From Saccostrea cucullata (Eukaryota), in assembly GCF_032062105.1 (NCBI RefSeq), contig NW_026925976.1:806001-870000 (forward strand): DNA of 64,000 nucleotides, read 5' to 3'. Both the position numbers and the translations under genes were made by a program. Positions 13,770 to 25,957 of this stretch are shown here, piece after piece (positions within the stretch are counted from its first letter, which is position 1; every line of letters starts with the position of its first letter). The notes under the pieces were generated by a model. It searched no databases. It worked only from the letters and a program-made list of their open reading frames with translations, and was not told where the DNA came from.

Positions 13770-15396
13770 TAATTTATCAAATAGATTATGGGACCTGGGT
13801 AATACCCCTGTAAAAGTCAACACTCTGCTATCACTTTTACATCATTAGTGTCATTATCCAGATAAAAATGTGGCACATTTGTTAGCTAATGGCTTTAGAA
13901 AAGGTTTTTCATTACAATATCAGGGATGTAGGAAAAATGTTGAATACAAGAATATGAAATCTGCTTCAGAACAGAGTGCAGAATTGGGAAAGAAAATAGA
14001 GAAAGACATTCAATTAGGGCGTATATTAGGTCCTTTTCCTTCATTACCTATTACAAATTTACGCTGTAGTCCTGTCGGTTTATTACCAAAGAAACAGGGA
14101 GGGTGGCGCATGATAACAAATCTTTCGTATCCACTTGGCCAAAGTGTCAATGATTTCATAGATCAACAAGATTGCTCAGTTAAGTATGCCTCATTTGACA
14201 AGGCCTTAGATGTTATACAACAGAAAGGTCAGGGAGCCCTTATGGCTAAAATGGATATATCAAGTGCTTTTAGGCTTTTACCCATAGCTCCAGAAGATTT
14301 TTGTTTACTGGGTTTCAAGTTTCAAGATTCTTATTACATTGACAAGTGTCTGCCCATGGGCTGCTCAGTTTCTTGCTCCTTATTTGAAAAATTTTCATCC
14401 TTTCTACACTGGGAATTGGAACATAGGTGAAGTCTAGAAAGCATTGTGCATTATTTAGATGACTTTTTCTTTGTAGGAGTTGCAGGTGTAGAAGAATGTA
14501 GGCAATTAATGATTCAGTTTGAAAAACTGTGTCAGTATGTAGGTGTTCCATTGGCTAATGAGAAAACAGAAGGACCTTGTACTAGGTTGTCATTTTTAGG
14601 TTTGGGTATAGATTCAATAGCTAGAACAGTTTTTGTTCCACAGGATAAAGTTTCTGAATTGTTAGGGAAAATTGAGTTTGTATTAGGAAGTAAGAAAGTA
14701 ACAAAAAAGGAAATGGAATCACTTTTAGGTTCACTGGCCTTTGTAACGAAAGCCCTTCCTGCTGGCAGGGCATTTTGTCGTAGGTTGTATGGGGCTCTTG
14801 TAGGTGTATGCAAGTCTTTTCATTTAATTAGAGTTTCAAAAGAAATGAGACTTGACCTTGAAATGTGGATAGAATTCCTTACAAAATTTAATGGTTTATC
14901 TCCCTTTCCGTCATTAATTTGGCTTGATAATGAGATACTAGAGTTTTACACAGATAGTTCTGGCTCTCATGGCTGCGGGGTGTTGTATGGTGATAAATGG
15001 AGTTTCATGGCCTGGCCTGAGAATTGGTCCTCAGAGATCAGAAAGGACATTACCTTGCTAGAACTTATACCAATATTACTGGGTATTTACATTTGGGGTG
15101 TAGAGTTGTCTTCTCAAAAACTTTTGCTTCATGTGGATAACATGTCCCTTGTTCACATAGTAAATAATAAGACATCAAAAAACCCAAAAGTTATGATTTT
15201 GTTGAGGGCATTAGTATTATTCACACTGCAGCATAATATTCAGTTAAAGTGTCAACATATACCTGGTGCACAAAATAGTAAGGCAGATGCTATTTCTCGT
15301 TTGCAGTGGTCGCGGTTTCGTCAACTAGCACCTGGGGCTCAACAGTATCCTTGTCAAGTTCCTACACAATTTTGGGAGATTATCAGTCAACTGTAA
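13770..15396 (+). pseudogene. reverse transcriptase / RNase H of YR retrotransposon with two in-frame stops
   Basis: One frame with SPVGLLPKK, WRMITNLS, KMDISSAFR, LPMG, HYLDDF, FLG, FYTDSSG, LLELIPI, VDNMS, ADAISR. Stops TAG 13846-13848 and TGA 14428-14430. Start approximate; the frame is open from within gag. Confidence 0.9.
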
Positions 15397-16250
15397 ATTC
15401 CCTTCTTGATGCAAGCCTTTCAGTAAATACAAGCAAAGTGTATAAGCAGGGCTTGCAAGCATTCTACAGGTTCCGGTCAGAGACATCATTTGAGCAAGTA
15501 TGGCCACCCCCTATCGATCATATAATTAATTTCATCGCATACATGTCTGAAAACGGGTGTTCATTTTCTACTGTCAAGTCTTACTTGGCAGGTATAAGTT
15601 TTTCTATTAATGTACACGGTTGGTTTAATCCCATAGATTCCTTTTTAGTTAGGAAGTTGTTGGCAGGTTACAAAAAATCGAAAGTAGTTGCAGACACCAG
15701 AAGACCTATAACACTTCAGCTGTTGCAAAGTATCCTACTCATATTGCCGAATGTAACATATTCATCCTATGAAGCCGAATTATTCAAATCAGCCTTCGTA
15801 TTAGCATTTTTTGCTTTGTTAAGAGTAAGCGAGGTAGTGGCTTTGGAAGAGAACTGTATTCAAATGTTGGAATCAGAAATTTTCGTACACATCAAAAGCT
15901 CTAAAACTGATCAATTAGGCTTGGGGATGTCTGTTAGAATTAATAAGGATCAGGATTCTGCAATTTTATTCTCCACTTTACAAGGTTTTCAAAAAATGCG
16001 ACAAAAAACACAGGGTAGCCAATTCTTGGTCCATTTTAACTCCAAACCAATAACTCAATATCAATTTTCAGCCATGCTGAACAAATGTTTAAATTTTCTC
16101 AATATTCAAACAGCATCCTTCAAATCACATTCTTTCAGAATTGGTGGAGCCACACAGCTATATATTAGGGGTCTTTCCGAAACACAAATTAAAGAAAGGG
16201 GGAGATGGAATTCGTCAGCTTATAAATCTTACATAAGACCTATTGTGTGA
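15306..16250 (+). CDS. tyrosine recombinase of YR retrotransposon (intact ORF)
   Basis: Catalytic set present: FALLRVSE (R), SSKTDQ (K), HSFRIGGA (HxxR), GRWNSSAYKSY (W, Y); overlaps the RNase H end as in DIRS/Ngaro elements. Confidence 0.92.
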   Translation: MVAVSSTSTWGSTVSLSSSYTILGDYQSTVNSLLDASLSVNTSKVYKQGLQAFYRFRSETSFEQVWPPPIDHIINFIAYMSENGCSFSTVKSYLAGISFSINVHGWFNPIDSFLVRKLLAGYKKSKVVADTRRPITLQLLQSILLILPNVTYSSYEAELFKSAFVLAFFALLRVSEVVALEENCIQMLESEIFVHIKSSKTDQLGLGMSVRINKDQDSAILFSTLQGFQKMRQKTQGSQFLVHFNSKPITQYQFSAMLNKCLNFLNIQTASFKSHSFRIGGATQLYIRGLSETQIKERGRWNSSAYKSYIRPIV

Positions 16251-16292
16251 ATTTATCCAATACAGATCTTTCTCAATTAGTAATATTTTCAG

Positions 16293-16883
16293 AATGTATT
16301 TGGATTGTTGGATCCTCTATTATACACTGGGCACAGAAATATGCAGCTGATAACATGAACCAGAACTTGAGTCTGTTCTCACATGAACTTGTTTGGAAAG
16401 GAGTTAGAGGAATGGTTTGGGACCAGATATATCCTACAATTAAATCTTTACTTCGAAAATATAAATCGCCAGCATTTCTTATCTTACATTGCGGAGGTAA
16501 TGACATAGGCAATCCTTACAGTACACTATTGGGTACACAAAAGTACATGAAATACATTGTTGTTAAGCTACATGAATTGTTACCAAGATCCGTAATTGTA
16601 TGGTCCCACATATTACCAAGGAGAAATTGGATACACTCTTTATCCAATTCTGAGGGCGAAAAATGCAGAAGAAGGATTAATAGTTCTTTGGCAACATTTG
16701 TTTTAAAAATGGGGGGGTGCTTCAATCAAATATCCCGACATAGTAGATAGTCATAAAAGTTTATTCAGAAGTGATGGGGTGCACTTATCTGACCTTGGTA
16801 ATAGTATATTTGTAAATTCATTAAAAAATGCGATAAGGCAGTTCACAGAAACTTCAGATATGTTGTATCCTTCTGTCCTTTAG
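16293..16883 (+). pseudogene. SGNH/GDSL hydrolase ORF of Ngaro-like element, +1 frameshift in G7 run near 16711-16717
   Basis: WIVGSSIIHW (block I), GVRGM (II), HCGGND (III). Removing one G continues the frame into GGASIKYPDI..LFRSDGVHLSDLGN (block V), ending at TAG 16881-16883. Confidence 0.85.
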
Positions 16884-17619
16884 TTGCTTGTCGTGTGCCG
16901 CAGTGATGATTTGTACATATGAATTTGACTGATATGGAATATTGATCTGATTTGATATATGAATTTGATGTTGTTGAAAGAATATTGATTTGATTTGATA
17001 TAACAAAGGGCAAAATTGGCCACCTTCATTTGGTATTGATGGCGGATGTTCCATGAGATGCGATATCATCGCATCTCATGGAACATTTGGCAGAATTTTG
17101 CATAGAATACCATCTCCGGGGGGCACTGTTTTTTCCAGGTCCCTCGGGCCAAGATGGTAGTTCTACTGCTTGTGTATATGTTTGTGTGTATGCTGCCATA
17201 TCTTTGTATGATCGGCGAATAATTTGTTATTGATATTATTTGAATTATTTGCAATAAACGGCCATGACAAGCTCGCCAAACAATAAGTATAGTTTCTCAA
17301 TTATCCAAAAGAATTACATGTATTAACGTCCATGCTTTATGCACTATCTACGCATTGATTTACATGTAGGTTATAGGTACATTCCTATTTAGGTTAATAT
17401 ACAGTCTCGAAATAACCGTTGAACGGGTTTACATCATGTAGCTGAATGCAATTGACAAAGGTCTTTTGCCCTGCTTCCATAAATGTACTTAAGTTGAAAC
17501 AAATTTCTCAGGAATAATTTGTGACCACGTCTATTGCGTAAATTAATGCTACGCTCAAAAGTAATTAATATACAGTTTTAATAATACATGGCTTAGTTTA
17601 AATCCACATGAAGCCCTGT

Positions 17620-18075
17620 ATAAAACAGGTCAAGTAGATGAAACATAAGGAGATAACGAACAATATTCAAGCTCAAAAGCCCATATAACAATACAAAATT
17701 GTTAGAGTAAATACTGACCACCAAAATATTTGAGGTGGGATCAGGTGCCATCGAGGAGTGAGCATCCCTTGCCGACCGTTCACACGTACCTGCTATGTGC
17801 TCTTTGTCATGATAGGAAAATAACGGAAAAAACCGTCGTCAGTTTATCAAGGTTAAATGAAACGTGAAGATAATGAACAGTATTTAGATTAAAAGTCCAT
17901 AAAACAATACAAAATAGTACCTGCTATGTGCTCTTTGTCCTGATTGGAAAATAACGGGAAAAAACCGTCGTCAATTTATCAGAGGTTAAATGAAACGTGA
18001 ATATAATGAACAGTATTTAGATCAAAAGTCCATAAAACAATACAAAATAGGAGCAGTGCAGACACGGACCTCCAA
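17620..18075. repeat. Penelope-associated dispersed repeat containing a tandem duplication of about 131 bp (17786-18049)
   Basis: GAGGTGGGATCAGGTGCC..GGAGTGAGCATCCC motif shared with the remnants at 28.4, 33.4 and 37.8 kb; two adjacent near-identical copies starting GTACCTGCTATGTGCTCTTTGTC. Confidence 0.65.
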
Positions 18076-18224
18076 CTTGAAAACATAGGAGGCATGAAAA
18101 TTGAAGATTAACAAAAAAAATATGACTCAAAAACTATTAAACATTTATTTGGTGATTACACCAAAAGATCTTAATCACCACACATGGAATAAAACAACGA
18201 ATATAGTGAAAGATTCTGTAAGAA

Positions 18225-18359
18225 NNNNNNNNNNNNNNNNNNNNNNNNNNNNNNNNNNNNNNNNNNNNNNNNNNNNNNNNNNNNNNNNNNNNNNNNNNNN
18301 NNNNNNNNNNNNNNNNNNNNNNNNNNNNNNNNNNNNNNNNNNNNNNNNNNNNNNNNNNN
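18225..18359. other. assembly gap (135 N)
   Basis: Run of N. Confidence 1.
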
Positions 18360-18630
18360 ATTCATTCCAAACATCGATCAGTTATATAAGCCATGTACAA
18401 AAAACAAAAGCACCAAATCATAATATAAAATACATCTAACACAGCAGCAAACAAAAAATGTAAATTTGCATTTAAATATTTGTATTTTTTGCCCATTTAC
18501 AATGTACGTGTACGTTTTGAAATACTGTAGTTAAGCAAGTAGACTTAGACCATGGAAGTAATTTTCACTCTCTTCTCACTTTCTAATTGGATAATGTTAT
18601 GTACTAATTAATTATATATGAAATTAGTTA

Positions 18631-19574
18631 TTACAAACAGAAATTAAGCCCGGCCCTATGAAGCCCCGGGAATCCTTCCTTGCACCCATGCTTACAAACA
18701 GGAACGCTTTGATCACAACTGCCATCACCCCCACAGTTGGGGGAGCAGGTGCCTCTACATGTAGTCCCCGTGTACCCAGGCCTGCACCCATCCAAACAAT
18801 GCCCATAATCCCGTGAACAGCCCCCGTCACCCCCGCAGTTAACTGGACAGGTTATGTTACACCCTGGACCAGTGTACCCTAACTGACAAGTGTGTTCACA
18901 AATAAATCCTGTCATCCCGGGCAGTTTGCAGCCTTGTAGACACCACTTTGTGGCAATGTGACAACTTCCGTCCCCTCCACATTTTGGAGGACAGGGGTCT
19001 TTACATGTAAATCCTGTGTACCCTGCCCTGCATCCATGCCGACAAAAACCAATCCTGCTACAGCTCCCATCGCCTCCACAGTTCGGTGAGCAGGTGTCCT
19101 CACATTTCATGCCTATATATCCTGTCTTGCACCCATACCGACACGTATCATCTGTTCGTCTACAGCTCCCATCGCCTCCACAGTTTGGTGGACAGGTGCC
19201 ATTACATTTAAGGCCAGTGTGTCCTATCTTGCATCTACTCCAACAATAGCCACTGTATTTTTTACAGGACCCATCTCCACCACAGTTAGAAGGACATGGA
19301 AGATCACAGTTAACACCGTGATATCCTGGCAAACATTCCGTGGTATTAGATATAATAGCAGCATCAGTGGGAATCGCCGAGGACTACACACCTATTGTAT
19401 ATAGAAACAATGAAATTTAAATGTTTACATTAATTTTCTAATTATATCATTAGGAAAAGTGGTTTTATTGTAACTCAACAATTGATATCATTGAGAAAAA
19501 ACTTTATATATAATATAGTACATGCCTTTATAAACCATTTCAGCAGAGACAAACATAAATACCAGCATCGCCAT
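18631..19574 (-). pseudogene. secreted multi-EGF (MEGF10/SREC-like) repeat protein, about six CPxNCGGDGSC repeats; probable pseudogene
   Basis: Signal exon 19574-19526 (MAMLVFMFVSAEMVYKG, GC donor) and large exon 19391-18631 with tandem Cys-rich repeats of about 33 aa. In-frame TAG at 19386-19384; no transmembrane segment seen. Confidence 0.75.
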
Positions 19575-20846
19575 CGTGAGACGTAATTATTCTAAATGAA
19601 AAAAAAAATAATAAAAGTAATCTTGATATAATACTTTTGGTTATATATTCTCATATTTGACCGAAAAAGGTAACACATGTACATGGCAGATCTCAAGAAT
19701 ATTATTTCATAGTCTGGTAAGCTTTAGCGGAGATGTTTATAAAATTTAATTTACAACTGTTAAAAAACTTAATATTAAAAAAAAATTGTACTGAATAGAT
19801 AGGTATTGAACGTGTAAAATTTCTGAAATGTGCAAATCATTTAACTACTGAATTTTTAAAATCGAAAATCGGGATTAGACATGCAAAAATATAAAAGAGA
19901 ACAAAAGCTTGGGATCTTGATAACAATTGCAAGTTTTGCACACTTGAAATAAAAAGAAATTGTCCAACCCGTGAAATAGATTCCTGAATCTAATTTCAAG
20001 ACAGGGAAAATCCTTATGTATTTCATTTTTATAATACATGTACAATAAAGGGTGTTAGACAAGTGTAATAATTAAGGAATTAAACAAGCATTCAAAAACG
20101 AAGAGTACACAGTTAACGTAATGTAATATTTGAGGATCATACATCAAAATAAACGGTATTTGACTATTTGTATAATTCATTTTCTTTAGTTATATTATAT
20201 TGTAGTTTTTATTACTTTTATAATCAGTTAATAAGACATGTAAGTGATCAATTATATCATATCTTCATTAGATAATTTAAGGCTTCGACATCGCTATAAT
20301 ATAAAAAAAATTATATTGTGCTAAATTTCTACACCAACATTCTATTTTCTGTTGAATTGATTTTTATGCCCAGAAGGACATTGCACTGCATCTTAGTTTA
20401 AGGCTAAAATAATAAAATACGAGGTTTAATCATTATATATGAGGTTCAATAATTAACGATAACCTTTTATCTTACCGCTTTACGAAGTTTTGTTCAGTTC
20501 TATTGTAAAGCCCTGTATATAAATACCATATGGAATGTTTTTCAAATCAATTACGCGGTTATAGTCACGTATGTTCCAACAGGATACTTTTCCTACTGTG
20601 CGAGAATTGAAGCAGGTGTGCTACAACGAATATCAAAATAAAATGAAGTGCGTACTTCAATGTACTTTGTCTTAGTACAAGTGTAGGTAAAGATTCATTG
20701 TGATAAAGTTTGGTCCGATCCAGATTACAGTCAATAAAATAAAAAAAGGAATAAAATAACTTTTCGTTGAAAAATCATGGAAATTTTGTGAGTGAAATTG
20801 AATAAAAGTAACGAAATTTTTTTCTTTATTATTTTATTAAAAATCA

Positions 20847-22221
20847 TCATGCATCACAAATTGTTCTTTCACAGATGTATCCCATCCTAGGGGTCGGACG
20901 AGAAGCAATATAACCCCATTGCAAATCACTTTTGAAAATGACAGCAAAGTTTCTGACCACGGTTTGAGGGATAATCCTGCTTGTTGATCTTTCGATGGGA
21001 AAACTGTTATAAATCATTTCAGAGCCATCTGCCCAGGACCAGGCGCCATTTTCTGATTGTCCGCCGATAAACCAACCGTCACCACCCATATCTGTTTAAA
21101 ATAATTACCAAATTTTAAACAAAAGAAATTTGAGAAATAAAATAAGTGATTTAATTCGTCAAATGTACATAGCCGTAAGCATATTTCTGTTCATTTTTTA
21201 TTTTAACGATCGGCAAACTAAGCTCTTTTTTCTAATTAAAATTCCAATCTTTTTTATAGGTTGGAATTCCTGCATACAATGTACATCAAAATATCTTTTT
21301 TGATCTTATTCAAAATGCATGTATAATCTTCATTTAAGACTCGGGAAAGATTTTTATGGGTTTTAGGCATCTTTATAAATTCCACATCAACAAACTTAAT
21401 GTTTATTGTTTTAAATACCATCCGTAAATAATTAATCAGTGAAGTTTCTCATTTTCAACTTCTTGTTTGAAAAATTAAACTTACTGCACTCTCCGGCAAG
21501 AAAGGTTTTCAGAGCTTGGTCTTCGTTTCTGTTCTCAATTTTGACCAGGTCCCAACCTCTGGTTCTGCGACACTCATCTCGAGCCTGGGTCCAGCTGGTG
21601 ACAAAACTGGTATAATCCACGATACGGTATCGGCTACTGCCTCTTGTAGTGTCTGCAAAAATGTTTTAAATACATTATAAGTATAGTAATTTAAATTATA
21701 CATGTACATAACAAATATAAACACCGAAAAACATAAAAAAAAATCTTAAACATTATTTTGTTCTCCGTTTAAAACGTTGATTTCATTTTTCAAAATGATA
21801 ATTAAAAAGAAAAAAAACACATGCATTCTCCTTTCATTTTGAAAATTCAAGAAGGTATTTATTCTTTTATTCGTTTTCTTTTATGTTTAACAATTAAATG
21901 ATTAAAATTGTCGACTCTCAAATTAATGATTTTTGTTTAACGTGTCATTTGCAAGGTACAAATGCTAAAATCTATTGAAATCAGCATTATTTAATTGATC
22001 TGGTAAACACTTAACATGAAACATTGTAGAAAGAATGCATGTACATGTATAATTTAAATTACTATACTTTAGTATACTTATTGTACATTGTATTTGTAGA
22101 AGTCAGGGAGTTATCCAAAAGCAACAGAGTGTTTGCTAGTAAGACTACCCAACACTATTAAGAGTAGCTTACCTATCATAAATACAGCAAAGAAAACGAC
22201 AAGGAGAACCCTGGACTTCAT
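20847..22221 (-). CDS. secreted C-type lectin-like protein, copy A (153 aa)
   Basis: Exons 22221-22173 (signal MKSRVLLVVFFAVFMI), 21652-21485 (SWTQARDEC..WDLVKIENRNED), 21091-20847 (WFIGG..WSWADGS..YICE); phases consistent, ORF intact. Confidence 0.88.
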
Positions 22222-23905
22222 CTGATAGTAAAAAGTGACATGTATATATCAAAATGATTAAATTATTAGGAAAAATACAGCTTATCATACGTTTGAATTT
22301 TTAAGGTGATAATCTCTAAAAAAAAAAATACCTAAGGGACACAATGGTATTTGAAAATTACGTGCAGTAATCAAGCTAACAGTCTAATTAAACTAAGATT
22401 AAGTGCAATAAAGAAGTAAGTATTCTCTGAAGACAAAACACATCTGTAGTACGTACAAGTGTTCATTAGTACAGATTGTATGCGTTTATGCATAGTCGAG
22501 TAAACGGGGAAAATCCACAGACAATAGAGTTTGAAAATAATTGTATACTGATATATTGAAATCTCAATCAACATTATAGTAAAGATAGATTGTTTTTCCT
22601 CACATGGACATTGTATCATCAATAGAATTTGCAAACTATTGATCTTAAGCGAAACTTTTTATCCGTGCATCGTCAACTTATTTGTCCACATGTCGCTTAA
22701 TAATATTTTTTCAACCTTTTACATCAAAACATTGTAGAGAAATACTAGAATACTAGTACTTTGATTCACATTATATTAAAATGTTGCTGTATTTACAGCG
22801 TAACAATTTAGAAGCATTTTTTGTTTTAGATTATGAAAATTAGAAAATACAATTGTTACCTTTCAAATAAAGTCCAAAAGTATACAAATAGGACAAAACG
22901 GTCTCATCCTACTCTAATATTAGACAAGTTGTTTAAGACATGTTTAAATTAAAACATCAATTATACCCTTTGCTATTTGTGCTTGACAAGGTTTTACCTC
23001 TATGAGATTCTTGCAATCAAGAAATTAATGGAAATTTGCTACTTATAATTATAACAACAAATTAGTTATTTATGAGTTCATATAACAATTCAATTAAAAT
23101 ACTCTCAAGATATTTCGTTGACATACCTCAGTATCTTCTAAATCCTAGACAACATTGTAATATTTCAAAATTTCTTTTATATATATCTGAGAGAGACAGC
23201 TACTCCTTTGCGCACGTGATCTGAAATCCAATAACTGGCACAATTAATTAATTAGATCATAATAAACACCATGATTTATCTCTCGAAAAACACAAAATAA
23301 GAATGCACACTTCGCACTTTTACGATTTTTGGAAATTTGATTCGGAAATCCAATGTCACCTAAGGGATATATTTTTTCTTTGTTTTTCACGTTTCATTAT
23401 TAAACATCTGCATTTTATATTTCAAAATATCAAGTTACACATGTTCTTTGTCTTTCATAAATTTGTTCGAGAACCAAAGAAGACAGATTCTTATTAATTA
23501 TGTTAATTAAATAAGATTCAGTTTTCTCTGTACAATTAACATGGATAGCAGTTAAGATAAGTCTTGATTTGTTTTGAGAGGTGTAATTAATTTGCTTAGG
23601 CTACTCGAGGCATTTTTCTCTGTGATTTTGTAAAATTTTGCGAGCATCTTTAAATTTATTTTTGACTCAAGTTATCATTCATTCTTTAAAAAGTTTTTTT
23701 ATATAGACGGAGAATTTTTAAGGCAAGATATGACTAAATAATTCATGATGAAAAATAAAAAGATTTCCATTTAATTCGCGATACTTCTTACAAAAATATT
23801 TTCATATTTAAGTTATTTTTTTTTCAAATCTTGAACGCAAAAATATGACAATTTTAATTTCTAAACTAAGATTTATACATCAAGGGTAAGATAATTATGC
23901 AATTT

Positions 23906-24004
23906 TCAATCTGATTGAAATTAGATCCTTTGATCCGCTCACGTAAATCGCTACACAAGCGATTTATGTGAACGGATCAAAGGATCTAATTTCAATCAGA
24001 TTGA
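23906..24004. mobile_element. 99-bp foldback MITE
   Basis: Near-perfect palindrome (arms about 47 bp, 2 mismatches) flanked by the direct repeat TGCAATTT (23898-23905, 24005-24012). Confidence 0.8.
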
Positions 24005-24876
24005 TGCAATTTGAAAAAAAAAAAAAAAAACTTTAAAACTTGTTTATATTCTGTGATTTTTATTTTGATATATTGATAATCAAACTTCTTGGGCTTTTAA
24101 TTTGCCTGTAATAACAAGTGGATTTAATTCAAACTTTCTCATCCAATGTCATATACCGGTATATGATTTAGTAAGGCGTTATTCTCTTAAAAGTTACTTA
24201 ATTTTACATAAGAAAATAAATACTTTAGTTTGATATATTTAAAAAAACTATAACCACTGTCCCTATCAATGAATTAAGAATATACGGTATTTGCTAATCG
24301 TCTTTCACATATTGTTATTGCATTAAAACGTCCTGAACAAATAAAAATAGCTTTAATCACAACTTTGTAATTGGACAGGTGATGTTTTCTTCCTATTCTT
24401 TATATGCTTATTTTGTGTTACGGAATTGTTCTGCTTATATAATTAATTGCTGTTGTTGTAAGCTTTATATGTTTATTCTAATATCTACGTGTTTTTTTTC
24501 ATGAAAATGTAAATTATTTTCAATGATTTTTTTTTTTATAGGATATTATAAGTTTATCTTTCATTTCTCTATAAGATAACTGGAAGTTAAGTACGCAAAA
24601 TTACACCTTTAAATGAAGGAATATATACATCTTGTTTCAGTAGCTGATAGAAAGAAAAAAATCCTCTCACTCTCTGAAGGTTGCAAGCACTGAGTCTGAA
24701 AACTGCAGTTGTCCACCGGCAAGTGGTTTACTGTACTCAATATTAGTATATAATTCTCGAAACAAACTTCAACAAACAAACGAAAACCTATTTAAAAACG
24801 TATGTATATAGGGTCATTTGCATATCTATTTACTGTACATTTCATTCGTTTTATGGCTTCAAATACCAAGCAGATA

Positions 24877-25085
24877 CTGTAAACAAACTATTATTCGAGT
24901 CGTCTTTTATTCGCGAACCATCAATTGTATTGAAATCAATCCGCGACGATTAATTTTCACGATTACGGAAACATTTTCTACAAATTTTATTTTAAATAAA
25001 TGATTTGCAGCGATTAATATTCGCGGTTTAACACAGGTCGAGAAACTCGCGGATATTTCTCGCGCGAATGAAAGTTGGTTTATAG
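24877..25085. mobile_element. Tc1/mariner-type MITE (TA TSD)
   Basis: Imperfect TIRs CTGTAAACAAACT / AGTTGGTTTATAG with TA on both sides; the paralogous empty site is visible near 40580 (CCAAGCAGA-TA-TTTAAAA). Confidence 0.75.
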
Positions 25086-25294
25086 TATTCAGAGAACACA
25101 TCAAGAGAGACAGATTAAGTTTTTATTACATGTTTACAGCATTCGTGTCATCCTTTAAAAATATTCTTAGAATTGCTAAAACTGAACGATATCTTCTTAA
25201 ATATTTTATCGGCTCTTAGAAAATACAAAGAAAATCTTATTCTTGAAATGTAGTTTAAAAACTGTTTGAATAAACTATTCTAAAAAAGTTTTTT

Positions 25295-25957
25295 TCAAAA
25301 GCAGAAGTACGTAGAGGAACCAGGTTTGCATCCATCATCACAAAATGAAGTATACCTGTTTAAAACAAGAAATATCGATCAATCATAAAATGCTGGAGTA
25401 GACAAAAATAGATCTGAAAATTATGTGTTCCATGATACGGATGAGATGGCGATTGAAAAAAGATTCAAAATTATCATAAGGATTAGAAACCTAATCCTAG
25501 ATGCTACATGCCTGTTACACTTTCCTGATCCGGCACAGTAACGAGAGCAGGCCTTGTCACATTCAAAACCCCAGTACTTTGGCAAGCAACCGCTAGAGCA
25601 GAATCCAGTGTATTTGCCACAAGCGCCGTTTCCTCCACAGAATTCACTACATTTCTTGTCACAGCTCCATCCATAGAACCCCACCGGGCATGCTAGTATC
25701 ACAAATACATGTTATGGTATTGTGCTTAGAATTTTTATATATCAACACTAAAATTGTCCAATGTGTGCATAAATTATCTTTGGGTACAGGAAAATTGTAA
25801 ATATAATTCGAAAATTCATTCTACGTAAGGCGTATGGTTTATCGGTAAGCGTACCTGCAAGTGGATTTAAAAATAAATATCAAAATTTCATTGATAACCT
25901 AACTTCGGAAACAAAAATGGCGGTAAGGAGCAGGAAAGATACTGGTAGCAGTATCAT
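25295..25957 (-). pseudogene. small secreted EGF-repeat protein, copy 1 (degenerate)
   Basis: Exons 25957-25903 (donor GT>TT), exon 2 acceptor deleted, 25692-25512 (donor GT>GC), 25355-25295 (one repeat deleted, TGG>TGA), all relative to copy 2. Confidence 0.8.

Larger units (their letters stand above)
11316..17307 (+). mobile_element. tyrosine-recombinase retrotransposon (DIRS order, Ngaro-like, with SGNH hydrolase), inactivated; termini approximate
   Basis: Overlapping gag, RT/RNaseH, YR and SGNH ORFs in Ngaro order; no methyltransferase. Ends are guessed from a TTATCCA direct repeat (11316-11322, 17301-17307) and the AATAAA at 17253. Confidence 0.88.

Noticed and set aside
17046-17086. 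Perfect hairpin near an RT read as a retron-like msr/msd
   Set aside because: The RT is DIRS-class in a eukaryotic element and the hairpin lies downstream of all ORFs; retained only as a structured 3' UTR.
11370-17417. 12-bp inverted match GGTTATTTCGAG (11370) / CTCGAAATAACC (17406) as DIRS-type inverted terminal repeats
   Set aside because: Too short, does not extend, and no internal complementary region was found; could be chance.
17786-18049. 131-bp tandem duplication as a functional array
   Set aside because: Only two units, inside a common repeat and next to an assembly gap; may be an artefact.
18101-18439. ORFs spanning the N run
   Set aside because: Artefacts of the gap.
18624-19404. 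Alternative-frame and antisense ORFs over the EGF, kinase and retrotransposon exons
   Set aside because: Shadows of GC-richer coding sequence; no motifs or splice support.
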